A stretch of DNA of 63,921 nt, the filler included, from Phoronis australis (Eukaryota > Animalia > Phoronida): NCBI GenBank assembly GCA_002633005.1. It is 6 parts of 6 records of this genome, joined end to end, with 100 filler letters (N's around TTAATTAATTAA, not from the genome) between each part and the next. Parts side by side here need not be neighbours in the genome. Positions count along the whole stretch, not along the records: positions 1 to 17,411 come from NMRA01001487.1; positions 17,512 to 43,463 come from NMRA01000541.1; 4 more parts are not named here. One strand, 5' to 3'. The notes under the pieces are model-generated. The model was given only the letters and a program-made list of their open reading frames with translations, did not search any database and was not told the origin of the DNA. The position numbers were made by a program, and so were the translations under genes. Positions 12,441 through 25,219 of the stretch are shown one piece after another (the stretch's first letter is position 1; every line of letters starts with the position of its first letter).

Positions 12441-14948
12441 TCACTTCCTAAGGTCAGTCCTGTGAGTATTTTCCACACATAACACAATGAATGCATTGCC
12501 ACAGCTATACTTCTGCTGATCTAACAGCATATTGTTCTGTAGATTACTGGCCATGCCCAAGATTCGTGGATTCTTTGTGTCCCATTCCTCACAATAGGCG
12601 TCTTTCATTCGTGACCCCGTCTTGTCAGCACCGTGCCAGACGATCTTTTGAGGCCTTAAAACAAAGGAGTTCTTTGAATATTGTAAGTACTTGAACCAGT
12701 GTATCATCTGAAAACTATCATCCCTGAGAAGATATCTGGCTTAAAGTTAGAATGGCTGCGTTCTATTACTCCACATCAAAGCGTGTTCTTATGTAGTTCA
12801 TTGATGCTCGTATGAAAATAACCAACCATAATCTAGATGTTACTCTGCTGTAAAAGGTAAGTGGTAAGTGCAAAGAGACAATCAATTTTTGTTCAGTTAA
12901 TTTTACCATTTGTTGACACATATGCAAAATTACTTTGTTTGTAAACAGTTCAGCCCATCTTACCGCGCACGCTATTACAGCTAAAATACAGAACAGGTCA
13001 TGACTCATACATCGCCTTGGGCATAGAACACTAACCGGACAAATCCTTTGCCTTACCATGTGGGATCGTGCATGATATCTCGACCTTCGAATGATAAGAT
13101 GGGAACTTTGCTGTTGATGTGGGCACCGGCACCATTAAACATGTCACTCCAGCTGTTGAATAGCTTTTGATTCTGTCAATGAAATATATAGGCAGCTTTA
13201 AGTTTACAGTCAACACGTTTGTTTATTTATTACAATTCCAACACAACTAAGTTCTCTGCTCAATCCAAAACATTGGTGAATAGAATTGGAAATGACGTTC
13301 ACTACCTCCTCCAAGGTTATGTGGAACCTTTTCCACCTGTTGGTGTATTTAGCCCAGTGTCTGCAAAACTATGAACTGAATTCAGTAAAGTATATATTTT
13401 CTGAAAATACAAAACCTGTCGAATTTGATTTTTGAAATTAAAAGATACTAACCTATGATTAAGGTCACGTAAAAAGTGGCAAAAAGGTACATCAGATTCT
13501 ATAGCAAATAATCAATAGCTCGAAATCAAAATTCATTCAATATAAATGTTCAAGATGAAATCTCAAAATCACTGATTCAGTTCTCTAAATTATGATTTCA
13601 TTTTTATGCAAATTTTGAGTTTTATCATAAAAATCATCAAAGTCCTATTTTTGATATCCCCTCATGGAAAAGTGGAAAATTTTAAAACCAATTTCTGACA
13701 ATTTTAGAGAACAGTGCATACAGAAAGGTTTCTGAAAGTCTCATACGAATCTGATCAGCTATTTCTGGGACATGGCGTTCCGAAGTTTGCCAAATTTTAT
13801 AATTTTTCAAGGGTGTGTTAAACATAACCTTAAGCCCAGGTCTAAAAAGACTGCAGTCCCTGAAATGGAGCTGAATATGGCTCGAGTTTGATTTACCAAC
13901 CAACTGCACAAGTGTTAAGTAGGATAAACACAATACATTTACTGTGAAACACTGCTTTTATAATAACTCGAATTATTATAGTTGCATTAACATCCTCAAT
14001 ACCTTTTATAGTACCTTTAACTGCCGCAACATCGTGCGAAAGGAATTCCCCATCATGACAGCCAGTTCCAAAGAAATTCCCGATTGTGACCACTAAGTGC
14101 TACAGGAATTCATTAGAATAATGGACCAAAAAGCAAGTTATGTAGGATTAATAACCTTCACGGTCATGAGGGGGACACATTTGTGATAAAATAGACTGTT
14201 CATTGTCTCCTGACCTCATGTTAAAAATATTCAGAACTCGCTTCCTGAGATACAGGATGTAATGCAGGTGGTCTAACGTTTCAGCCAATGATTGGCTTTC
14301 GTTGTTAAGTAGCTTCTGATCATACATGAGAGGTAAGTTGACATTTAAGTCATGGTCCAAAAGCGGCGCTGAGTGCAAATCTTAATTGACTCCTTGATCT
14401 TCCATGAGTGCCAATTAGACTTCTTGCCAATAATGCTGACGCTGCTATGTAGTTGTTACTTAACAACAAATGCATGGTGGGAATCTTAGGTCACCCACAA
14501 AACCTGGCTGTAGTCAGCGGAAAAGTTCAACCACCTGTGTTAAATCTCATCTCCTAGTAAGTGAGTTCTGCATATTTTAACAGGGAAACAGTAGCTTGAT
14601 TATCTTTCATGACTGTATACTAATGTCTCCTTCCCAAACTTTAGTTGATTACACACTCAACACCTCAGCTCACCTGAGCCCTGATTACATCACTCTTACC
14701 TTTCTATTCACAACAGGAACGTTCTTATCCAGCACCACAGACCCCAGGTCCTGTACTCTTGCTGTCAGGAAGGCACGGAATGTTCCCCTCATTCGTGCAG
14801 CACGTGCCTGCCTGTGGCACACTGTGTCGGCGCCACCTATGCCTTTCATGTCACCAGACAGCGGCGTGTTGGCGGCTATAAGGTGAATCATGGGACCAGA
14901 CACTAGCTCCACCTCTTTGGGTGGTTCGACAACAGGAGGTGTTGGCAG
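12441..14948 (-). CDS. Collagen XV/XVIII-like multiplexin, last three coding exons (endostatin domain); 5' part not identified
   Basis: Exons 14948-14700 (LPTPP..IHLIAANTPLSGDMKGIGGADTVCHRQAR..GTFRAFL..VQDL..VPVVNRK), 13172-13057 (NQKLFNSWSDMFNGAG..PILSFEGRDIMHDPTW) and 12654-12441 (PQKIVWHG..YCEEW..GMAS..LLDQQKYSCGNAFIVLCVEN..stop). All junctions are GT-AG and in phase. Confidence 0.95.
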
Positions 14949-16024
14949 CTGGAAGGAAACATCAAAACTCAGAACAGAGAATCTAGTAACAGAATCATAG
15001 TAAAAATGGTCAGTTTTGAACACTGAAAATAATCATTTTCTTTCACAATTTTGGTCAAACTCACAAGAAAAGATTATTATGTCAAGAAGTGTTAACCTCA
15101 ATAAATTGGTGTGTCTTCAAAAGGAAATAAGTATTCATGAATACAATAGATTTATCTTTCTATCATTTCAAATATGAAACTCATCTCAACATAGCAGTGG
15201 CATGGCAATTGGACAGCATTTAACTTCACAGTCAAGTTCTGTCAGTTTGGGTGATGCTATTGATTGCAGCATTTTGCCCTGTTCAGATGGATACAAAAAA
15301 ACTGTTGCCCTTTGGGGGTTAAAACCATAACCATGCTCATCAAATCATGAATCATTGCTGAATTAAGTCTTGTCCACACACAGACTCATCCTAGTACATC
15401 TTGCACTAGTGCAACTAAACCCCCTTAAGATCCAATTACCAGCGTGATAGACATCGCTGTGCAATCAACGAATGGCTGATGGGAATACGGCACGAAAAAA
15501 GACTCGCATGTATGCAACTGCGTAAATGCATAGCTGATAATTACTTCCACTTTGTGCCAGGTTTGCAGCCTTACAGCGATTAGAAGTGGCACAGCTTACC
15601 ATAGAACAAGTTACCCAACCTCAATAAGGTGGAGTAAGTTGCCACAAGTGGGGCAAGTTGCACTACTTTAAATAGCATCCAGACAGCCCAAAAAACGACT
15701 CGTTCCAGGATTAACTTGTTCTAATGGTAAATATGTAGTGGATGGCACTTCCCCAGCTATTGTGTACACATACCATTTTCAAATTTGCAATATTGGGTTG
15801 GACAACCCTGATTAACTCTGAAGCATCTTCTTCAGCAGCTAATGGTTTCGATGTTGTTAGTAACAGAAATGGATTAATATCACGGTAAGGAAAATTATGA
15901 GAGTAAAAACTAAATTGTGATTTTCATGTTTTAATCTGCTTAACATGGCAACATGCCACTTTAAATAACAGGAAATCAAAAACGGAACAGAAGTAGAGAT
16001 TATGAAAGACCCTAGACAAATATC

Positions 16025-16255
16025 CAAATTTGGCTAACTTCAGAACGTCACACCTCAGAAATGAAACTTTCAAATACTATGATTTATGTAAATTTCTCCA
16101 AAACATTGTTAGCAATTATTNAGAACCAATTTTATTTAGTGGGAATGTTCATAGCATGCAAATTTGGCTAACTTCAGAACGTCACACCTCAGAAATGAAA
16201 CTTTCAAATACTATGATTTATGTAAATTTCTCCAAAACATTGTTAGCAATTATTT
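16025..16255. repeat. ~95-bp exact direct duplication flanking a single N
   Basis: 16025-16120 is repeated at 16160-16255, with an N at 16121. Probably an unmerged contig overlap. Confidence 0.75.
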
Positions 16256-17411
16256 TCAAATTGTTCTACTTTTGAATTGAGGGCTAACAACAACAGGATC
16301 TCCAAGAATCGGATGAAAAAACAAAATCTGAAGTTACAAAAACAAAACAATGGCTAAGAAAATGACATTATGTATTATAGTGTTTTTCAGACATTGTCTA
16401 GAACATTTACATTTCAAATGAAATTTGGTTGTGTTACTGATACCGTCGTTTTGCTAAGAATATACCTTTCGTTTTTGATAAATTTTACTATTAATAAACA
16501 ACAGGATCATGTGACCCACTGAGTGGCAGAGTAGTACAAGGTCAAAAATTAATTTCTACAGGTGCTCTACTTTCACAAAATATTTAGTTGAAATGCATTA
16601 AAATTTATATGTATTAGATATTTGGCCAAATACACAGACTAGTCTATGAGGTCCTACATAACATTAAGTGCAGCTGATTTCACTTACAGTTGGTGATGTG
16701 GTAGATGGTAGCTCAAACAATCGCCCAAGCTGCAAACAAAATACACTGTCTTGTTAATGAGTACTGACAATAAAATTGTTATGAAACATTGATGTACACT
16801 GAACACTTGTTCCGAGCATGATGATGCTATGGTACATCCCAAAATTAATTAGAAAAATCAGTTATCTTGCCATGACGTTGAATTCCGTTCGTAGCAAAAA
16901 TGACTGGGAATGTTCCCTCATTGCGATACAATTGTAATTACAAAACGATATTTCCACAAACACAAACTTTCCGAAAAATTCCTTGTCATTCTGACCTCCA
17001 TAAATGGTCACTGCGATGATGAATGTCACTTGCATTCAGTCCTCAAGGCAAGGAATTCCAGATCCTTTTGTATGATTCTTTCAGTTCGTAACGTATTAAA
17101 CCATATCACACATGAATTTTAACATTTAAAATTTTCTGGGCTGTATGTGTGTTCATAGAAACTATAAAATGAATTGCACAAAAGCAAATTTCAATGAAAT
17201 GTTGATACAAAAAAACAGAGACCAGCTCTTTTTGACTAGACTTGATTTCGATTCTGATGAAATCTCGACACGTGTTGCCTGCACACATTGTGGAAATCGC
17301 AACAACTTACCTCTCTACCTTTCAGAGGCCACCTAGTACAACCTGTGCAGTGATTTTGTTATTTGTTTTTTGTATCTGAATCGGCATTATATACTCTTCC
17401 ACCTCTTCCTT

Positions 17412-17511
17412 NNNNNNNNNNNNNNNNNNNNNNNNNNNNNNNNNNNNNNNNNNNNTTAATTAATTAANNNNNNNNNNNNNNNNNNNNNNNNNNNNNNNNN
17501 NNNNNNNNNNN
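17412..17511. other. Artificial contig-joining linker N44-TTAATTAATTAA-N44
   Basis: Identical 100-nt structure occurs five times. TTAATTAATTAA gives stops in all six frames. Confidence 0.97.
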
Positions 17512-18059
17512 ATGACATTACACTCGTTAAATATATTTATGCGAGAATATGGACTCGTCCCTCTTATACCCCCTTCTTTCGGACTGGTCCAATAACCCCT
17601 TGTGTAGATTCGCATGCGGTCCTCCTGCTCTCAAGGCACTAGGACATTCCATTTCCAGCCTCACTATTGGTTCGTTTGTTTTACTGCCACGAGTTTGGTC
17701 AGCTCCTGGCTCCCATAGGCTGATGATTGTCACGTGTCATAGGGCTCCTTTGTTCTCAAGAAAGTTATATTTCCTGCCATCTGTACTTCGCTTTGCAGCA
17801 CTTTGGTTCGAGCTAATCTCTCTTCATTTTTCCCACCCTCTACCACCCTCTACTCTGGGTAGTTCCTCTTACCTGAGGGCTGGCGCTTTTTATTGCCCAT
17901 CTTTCCAGAGATTATTATTTTATCTTTATGTTATTTGTACACTCCTATTTCTGTACCTTATCAGTCATAATAAATGACCTTATATCGCCTATACACGGTC
18001 TCCTTTGTATCTCTGGAAACGGAGCTTGCGACGCACCTATTATTTTCGGGACATATTCC

Positions 18060-19248
18060 GAGCATAAAACTAATATTATTCACTTCAGATCCAAGCATGT
18101 TTCTCGTAGTTCATATCCATTTCGGTTGGGTCGACTAGACCTAGAATATGTACCCAAATATAGATATTTAGGAATAATTTTAAATGAACATTTGAAGTTT
18201 TCTGAAACTGCTAAAACTGTCCGAATCTGCCGGAAGAGCTTTGGGCGCTTAAATTTAAAAAGAATAAAAATATGGGGTAAAGAACATTCACTACATTATT
18301 CAATACTTGTGTTGTGCCTGTTAGAGGTTGTTGTGTAGGTGTCTGGTGCGACTCTAGTCTACAGGATTATGATGTCATTCAGAATAGAGCCGCGCGATTT
18401 TTCTTGGGCGTTCACAAATTCGCTCCTTATCATGCTGTTATGGGTAACATGGGGTGGGAATTCCCCAGTGTTAGGAGGAAAATTGAGCTTTTGAGAATGC
18501 GGAATCGTGTCATTAATTTCGAGGATGATAGATAATAATTGGTCTTCTGAAGTTTTGAGCATTTTTGAAGAATTAGGGATTTCGGATTGTTTTCATAACT
18601 TACGTTCAGTTAATCTGTTTCACTGTAAGAATATTTTGCATGATTTGGCCTGTAATAGGTGGTTGTTTGAAATCCGTTCGAAACCAAAGTTAAGAACCTA
18701 TGTTTTGATGAAGAATGTCTTTGAAGTTGAACCTTACGTACTTTTAGACTTAACTCGGCCTATAGGTCAATTCTTGCTCAAATTAGAACCGGAACCCTAC
18801 AGCTATTGGTTGAGGTTGGGCGTTTTCGTTCTCTAGAATTTGATTGACAGAATTTGCTGTCTTTGTCACACTGGTCAGGTCGAAACTGAACTACATTTTC
18901 TGTTTGAGTGTCCGTTTTTCTTAGATGCCAGAAACACCTTTTACTGTCAAGTTTAGATTAAATATCCACGATTCCGTGCAGAAAGCTGTGAAAGTAAACT
19001 AATTACAATCATGCAAAAAGATGTTATTAGAAAAACTTCAGTTTTCATCAAAAATATTTTTGAAGTAAGGAAAAATTATATTAATTTTATTTATGATCAC
19101 TTTTATCTAGGCCTTCTATTTCTGATCATGTATCTAAAGTGACTTATAAGCCCCGTGGAGGGCTGGGTGTTCCTAGTCTTTGTAATGTATTCATTGTTTA
19201 AATTTCATTTGAACACATGTCACTATAATAAAAATTACTTACTTACTA
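18060..19248 (+). mobile_element. 5'-truncated decayed LINE (RTE-X/CR1-group) with (TTAC)n tail
   Basis: Peptides 'KTNIIHFR..YRYLGIILNEHL', 'IQNRAARFFLGVHKFAP..AVMGNMGW', 'KPKLRTY..EVEPYV' and 'RICCLCHTGQVETELHFLFECP'. Ends aataaaaattacttacttact at ~19227-19247. Confidence 0.88.
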
Positions 19249-19711
19249 TAACTTTTATTTTTAACAGTACAGCCCACTGAGTTAGGTTAGAAACGATCTT
19301 GTCGAAGATTAGAGCAATTATCGAACAAAAGAGCTGATCCTCTAGCCATAAATCGCAGAAAGTAAGGTATTGGTTCCAGCGGTCATCCGCCCTGCTTGTT
19401 GTGCTATACAACCCAACTTGTTGGAATCAACGAGAGAACCTTGTAATTTGTGGTCACGTGCTCAGTTGTGGATGGTCACGTGGTCTCCTAACATGAAAAT
19501 TTTTGTCCTGGCGTGATAAATTTTCGCTTTTGGTGTGATAAGTTTTCGGTACTACGTGTTAAATTTTGTCTCTGATGTGATAAACTATAGGTCCTAACGT
19601 GATAAATTCTGGTTTTGGGTTGTTTTGTTCCTGCAGAGTTTTTAATTCAAGAATGGAAAATGTGTGTCCTGGAAGTTTCACCGCTTTGGCTTTCCATAGC
19701 CTGCTAAATAC

Positions 19712-22700
19712 CTGAGATTCTTGCAGGTTTAGGGTTCAGATCTCGTCCCACAAAGCCGGCAACCTGGCCGCCGAGGCTGTGGCCGATTAGGTGCATTCTC
19801 TTCCTCGTGGTATTCGTCTCCTTCTCAAGAAACTCTTGAAGGAAATAGAAGATAATATATTTTAAAAGCACACACTTATTCCTGGCAGAAACATAAAATT
19901 ACTATGGTTATTAAGAGCCTAACAGGTAACAAAAATCGTGGTGTAAAATTCCATTTCATCAGAGAATTTCAGCGACATTAGATGAAGAAAAATTTCGTTC
20001 CGATATATTCGCCTGTTTCGACATTAAATGATTCACATCAACCTCCCGAATTTAACGGTGAACCGTGAGAGTGAAATTTGAAACCTGGGAATAAACATTA
20101 TCTCTCTCCAATTAGGTAATCCAGCATGATCAACATAGCGCTAGACCTCACCTGGCTTAGACAGATCACCCATGACAATTGAAAAGGTTATCGTAAATTA
20201 TCTAAGCCATTTCCCCATGACTTTAAATTTTGTTTTGTTAACAAACAACACAACTCTTGCCTTCCGACATTTGCGCAAGAATATCAAAACAAGATGGACC
20301 TAGTTGACCATATCGCGCTGAAAACTCAAGAAAACTATTAACCGAGGGTGGATTTTGTTTCGTTTAAAGATAATTTCTAACTGATTGTTTATACAGTTTA
20401 TAACAGTAACCAGTCTGACAATGTCTTCTAAGGCTAAGTTTGTGGCGTTGTTTATAAGCAATTCGCTCGCAGGATAGGCAAGATCTTATCAAAAGTGCGC
20501 CCACAAGCTATGGTACGTTTGGCAGGATTCAATCCGACCACATCCAAGTTGGGTTAACGAAAGTCATGCACCAACATCCCTGCATAAATCCTAACCACCT
20601 CACTATCGATATCGATTGTGTGATAGGTCTCACGTGGAACACTTCGTTAGCAATGTCGCTTCACGTACAGCTGTTCGTGTGCAATGTCGCTTCACGTGCA
20701 GCAGTTCGTTGGCAATGTCGATTCACATGCAGCTGTTCGTTAGCAATGTCGCTTCACGTGCAGCTGTTCGTTGGCAATGTCGCTTCACGTGCAGCTGTTC
20801 GTGTGCAATGTCGCTTCACCTGCAGCTGTTAGTTGGCAGTGTCGCTGAACTAGTCACATTCTTATTAGACAATTATTAATTGGTGTATTTTCTCGTTTAT
20901 GACGATTACTGGTTTCTAATGCTCTGGTAACGAGTCTGGCAATATTTTCCAAGGCGAAATTGTTGTTGCGTTGTTTACAGGCAATGCTCGCAGACAGAAT
21001 AGACCTTATAGTCATTGCGGTTTACAAGCTATGGTACATATGACCTTCACGCATTTTTACAGTCTTCCTTAGATCCTATCCATCCAATTGTTTATACCGA
21101 TTGTAAAGTAGGCCTCTTATGAACGTTCATTAGCGATGCGTTGACTTACCAATAAATTCTGCTGTGGTTTTGCCGACCAACCTTGCGTTTTTCGACGGTC
21201 CAAAATAGAACGGAGACCAGGCTAAATGTCCCCAGTCCACAATTATGACGTTCAAATCTTCCTAAAAGTAGATTTTTTAAAATTTTTACTCCAACTCTGT
21301 TTTTTAAAAAAGAGAGGACAGCTAAGATTTTCCACCAAATGTTTTCCCATCAGTGTAAGACAAGATTATTGTTCTATACTGACCTACAGACTTTACTGAC
21401 CTACAGACTTTACAGACCTACAGACTTTATAGACCTATAGACTTTTCACCAGGCACATGACAGCTCTAGATAATACAAGTAAGCTTAAAAAAGTACTAGT
21501 CCAGCACAATTGAGAAACAGTAACAAAACAGATCTGCAAAGTTGGGTGGGACTTTACGATTTGTTTTGATTTCATTTCAACTATTGGGAGTGCTTTTGAA
21601 GTCACGGTTATTCGCGTTCTGGAAATAGTCGAAAGTGTATATCATAGTATAATTTCCGTTTCCCAATATGTGAAAAAATAAGAGCTGAGGGCCCGGCACC
21701 TGATCCAAGCTGCAGCTGTACTGACAGGGAGGGGCGGGGTTGCGTGACGGCTCGCTGTGATTCGTCAATAGGGAGAGAGAGGAACTGAATCAATACTCAT
21801 TCTCAGTCAATCAATGTCACACAACCACTGTGCTTCAAAAACTACCTTAATAGACATTTTTTTGCTTTGGGAAAAGGAACTTCGCTAAAAATAATGCGGG
21901 AGTGCACATTTTTCCTTCAAACAGAGAGACGAAGGCTTCAAAATCAGTCTGGTGGAGACCAAAATCAATTATGCAAATCGTCGTGTGAATACAAAAGCAG
22001 AACTACCCCACATATCGGATCATAGATCGTCCTTGTAATCTTAATCAACCTGCATCGCAGAAATTGAAAAATTGGTTATTTTAAAAATGCACAAAACGCT
22101 TAGGTTGTGAATATGTAGTAGGGCGATAAAGTACAGGTTTGCAGTTGATAACATGACGTTTTAATGGAAATTGGAATGGACCTCACTTTCTAAAGTTGTC
22201 AGGCAAATGTCATCAAAATGTTTGCAATACACCAAGAATATGTTCAGCTTTAATATTTAAGACTTTTATGAACGTTTAAAAATCATGAGCGCATAGTCCC
22301 AATATTCAAAGATTCAAAGATCATCATTGACTTCAATTGGCATGTACTTATTTTCTGCCTGTTTCGAATTTCCTACGCCGTTTTAAGTTTCACGTTGCAC
22401 CTTTTCCAGAAACGCGTCCTTCATATCCTTCAACCATGGCGTTGTAGTCGTTCCTCCTGTCAAACTGCTCAACCAGCCATGGATGAGAAACTTCGTATCT
22501 CGACTTCCATCAAAATACGATCGCTTGAGAATTCTTGGATCATTCAGTCGAAGAAACTGTTGCTCTGAGAACCCACTATTTTGTCTGAAGCAAAGTTTAG
22601 AAGAACCGAGTGTGATTTCAGCAGAACAAATGAGACTGTCGACGTCAGAAATAACTGACAAAACTTCATTTTCTGACAATAAATCCCATTTGAACATTGA

Positions 22701-25155
22701 TGACTATTTTCTTCAACTGTTATGAGCCAATAAAGAGTGTATTTCTTCTATAATGAAACGATAACGGATTTTTTGGATAAAATTGCATTTTTGCCGTACA
22801 CACAACATAGTAATGATTCACTTGTCGCGTCATCCTCATCAAACACTTAATTCCTTCACTGTCGATTAACGTCACTTATAACATGAACAAAAATGATTAC
22901 CTTGTGTACAGATAATATTTTATATCCTTAACGTCAGGGCGCGCTGTAAAGAAGAAAACCTGAGTGCTCATTTAAGCGAATAGCTTAATGGTCATACTTT
23001 ACATCACGATTGAATTACATCCCCACATCTGTGTCTTTAAAGAGACCTCGAACCCGATATCAAGCTAAACTGCAATATTGAAAGTGGCTGTGCACTTAAA
23101 CCGAATTCAACCTGCTCACCATGTATTTTTTAGGATTTGTTCGTAAAGATTTTTAATTTCTGTAGATATCAAAGCATTTTGTTTTAGTTTCAAATTTCAA
23201 AAAACACGATCTGCCACCTGTTCGCCACTTCGTCGACTTATCTCCCAAAAGCAAAGCACGCATTCTTATTTGGTATGGCAAGACATGGCACATTTCCCTT
23301 ATATGGAAAATATGACCTTTGTCCTTAAGCAACTTCAAATAAATGACTGTGAGCGAATTGGTGTATTTATCATAAGTGCGAGGGAGATTAGAAACTCTGC
23401 GGTAACCACATAGTTTATCATTCGCGCGTATTTCAAAAATCGTGGAAATTCAAAATTTATTTCTGGAAATTTCCTGTATTATATGTTGCCAGACGGTACT
23501 TTCGTCAGGAATTGTTTAAAAGATCTTTTTGACGAAATTTCGCGTTCCATTGTCTGCAAGAATGTATAAGTTGAAATCTAAAACTCCGTAATTTGACTGC
23601 AGTAAATGATGTGTATCACACTGGTTGGCGGGATAGCCCCGGAATTTTATGTTTGATTTCACAGTCAGCGTCTTGGCAAACATAAAACTGACGACAACCG
23701 TGCCATCGTCACTCGGTGGCAGCTCGGCATGCGATTGATTTTGACAATGCACGTATCCTTCATTATGAGAACAAACACATCAAAGAATCCTTGCACATTC
23801 TCGAATCGTAAGCATTCACATCTTAGTCATTAACAATACTGCGTCAACCAGACTACAGCCAACGATACTTCACTTTAACTAGACTACAGCCAATCATGAC
23901 TACACAGTGTCCTGGCGTAATTATAATAGCTCTGGCTATAAGTCCCGCTGACCTCCCACTAATCTCTCTTTTTCCTCTCAGTCGTTGATTGAATACTTAG
24001 ACTTTTCATATCTGGTGTCTCCAATGATTCTGTCAGTCAGCACTGGCGATGATTTAATATCTAAGCGAAACGTTCGTTGGTTTTTAAATAGTTTGGCTAA
24101 AACGTTTATCAGTCACCCTGCTGTTGAGCATTTAGTGTTATAAAAAGCTGGCTTTATAGTAACATCCTAATTTCGACACGAAAAGTGGACGTTTTAAGTT
24201 GGTTTCAAATAAAAATAGTTTAGAAATATTGCATAAATCCTCAATAATTTCAATGTAAATAACGTAGAAAATATATATCTGAAACTAAATAAGGCGATCC
24301 AGATCCTCCCAAGGATACTATTGTTTCATGAAATGAAGAATATAAATCGGTAAATAAAACAACAAGAATGGATCAACTGAAATTTGAAATTTTCGGATGT
24401 AACAACTTCCTTTATCAACAAAAACAGAAATAAAGTAAAATCAAACACAAAATGACAATTGACATATAAGATATGGTGTAATGAAAATGATACATTTTTG
24501 CGTAAAAAATTCAATGACATATTTTAAGAAGTTTTTATGTTCAATCCATGAGGTTCTATTGTATTCAGTTTGTCTATCCAATATTGTTCTCTTTTAAGTC
24601 TGTGAGGGGTACTGGGGTGTTGGAGTTTTTCTATTATTTGTACAGAAAGATCTTGAATATTGTGGTTTTTGTTTCAAGAAATGAAGAATATAAATCGGTA
24701 AATAAAACAACAAGAATGGATCAACTGAAATTTGAAATTTTCGGATGTAACAACAATGTATTTCAACGTCTTTTATGACGATTATTCAGAAATTTTCTTA
24801 AGTTAGACGATCTTGCCACGACGATAGATTTCTGTGATCCGATTAACTAGCAATTATAAACGTGTTGAAAATTTTGTTTACTTAAAAAAATATCCAGGTA
24901 ACTTTACTGGTCTTATGTTAGGATTTTTGGACTAAACCTATCTGCAAGAATTAAATTTCGTGACTTTTTGTATCCAATATGAAGCCAGTTAGCTATCATT
25001 TCGGAACTCAATATTTTCGGATCCTTTTAATTTAAAGTGTCACCGATTAAAGATATGCGCAAGCGCAATATATTGTTAAAAGACAGACCTGACACCGGGA
25101 AGGAGTAAATCAAGAAAGAACATAAGAGTAATGATACAAAGCGTTCGGCTGACAT
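19712..25155 (-). CDS. Secreted pancreatic-lipase/phospholipase A1-family triacylglycerol lipase, first five coding exons (3' part missing)
   Basis: Exons 25155-25089 (signal peptide MSAERFVSLLLCSFLIYSFPVS), 22943-22901 (RPDVKDIKYYLYTR), 22584-22401 (QN..FDGSRDTKFLIHGW..WLKDMKDAFLEK), 21261-21150 (EDLNVIIVDWGHLA..Y...NARLVGK..AEFI) and 19834-19712 (MHLIGHSLGGQVAGFVGR..PARIS). All GT-AG and phase-consistent; nucleophile motif GHSLG intact. Confidence 0.93.
20630..20845. repeat. 31-bp minisatellite, ~6.5 copies, in a lipase intron
   Basis: Unit gcaatgtcgcttcacgtgcagctgttcgtt(a/g). Confidence 0.92.
21377..21445. repeat. 17-bp tandem repeat, ~4 copies
   Basis: Unit tactgacctacagactt. Confidence 0.85.
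23600..24090 (+). mobile_element. Penelope-like element 3' remnant (GIY-YIG C-terminus and pLTR-like tail)
   Basis: Frameshifted 'RAIVT..RHAIDFDNARILHYENKHIKESLHIL' (~23695-23805), followed by the PLE-type tail motif ctggcgatgat...gcgaaacgttcg (~24042-24076). Confidence 0.6.
24329..24755. repeat. ~78-bp direct duplication, copies 350 bp apart
   Basis: aaatgaagaatataaatcggtaaataaaacaacaagaatggatcaactgaaatttgaaattttcggatgtaacaac at ~24330-24405 and ~24678-24755. Confidence 0.85.
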
Positions 25156-25186
25156 CTCGTCTGAGCTCGGCGCCACAAGTGCACAC

Positions 25187-25219
25187 ACTGAGGATCAGTT
25201 CAGTCGGGATTTGTTATAT
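25187..25219 (-). promoter_or_regulatory. Core promoter of the lipase gene (TATA + Inr)
   Basis: TATAA at 25218-25214 and Inr TCAGT at 25191-25187. The +1 A (25189) is 29 nt from the TATA start and 34 nt upstream of the ATG. Confidence 0.65.

Noticed and set aside
13307-13362. Exon-like unit (ttttgcag...gag|gtagtg) in a multiplexin intron
   Set aside because: It has an in-frame stop, the flanking exons already join in phase, and the sequence resembles a dispersed repeat also seen at ~10939.
16025-16255. Tandem duplication and the 81-aa ORF across it
   Set aside because: Exact copies around a single N indicate an assembly overlap.
17456-17467. Recurrent TTAATTAATTAA motif
   Set aside because: Always centred between N44 blocks, so it is an artificial linker.
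17549-17977. 142-aa ORF
   Set aside because: No recognisable motifs or splice context; probably a chance ORF beside a LINE fragment.
20630-20845. CRISPR-like appearance of 30-57-bp repeats here and at 30436, 31690, 33941 and 50368
   Set aside because: Units are head-to-tail with no unique spacers, there are no cas genes, and the context is eukaryotic introns.
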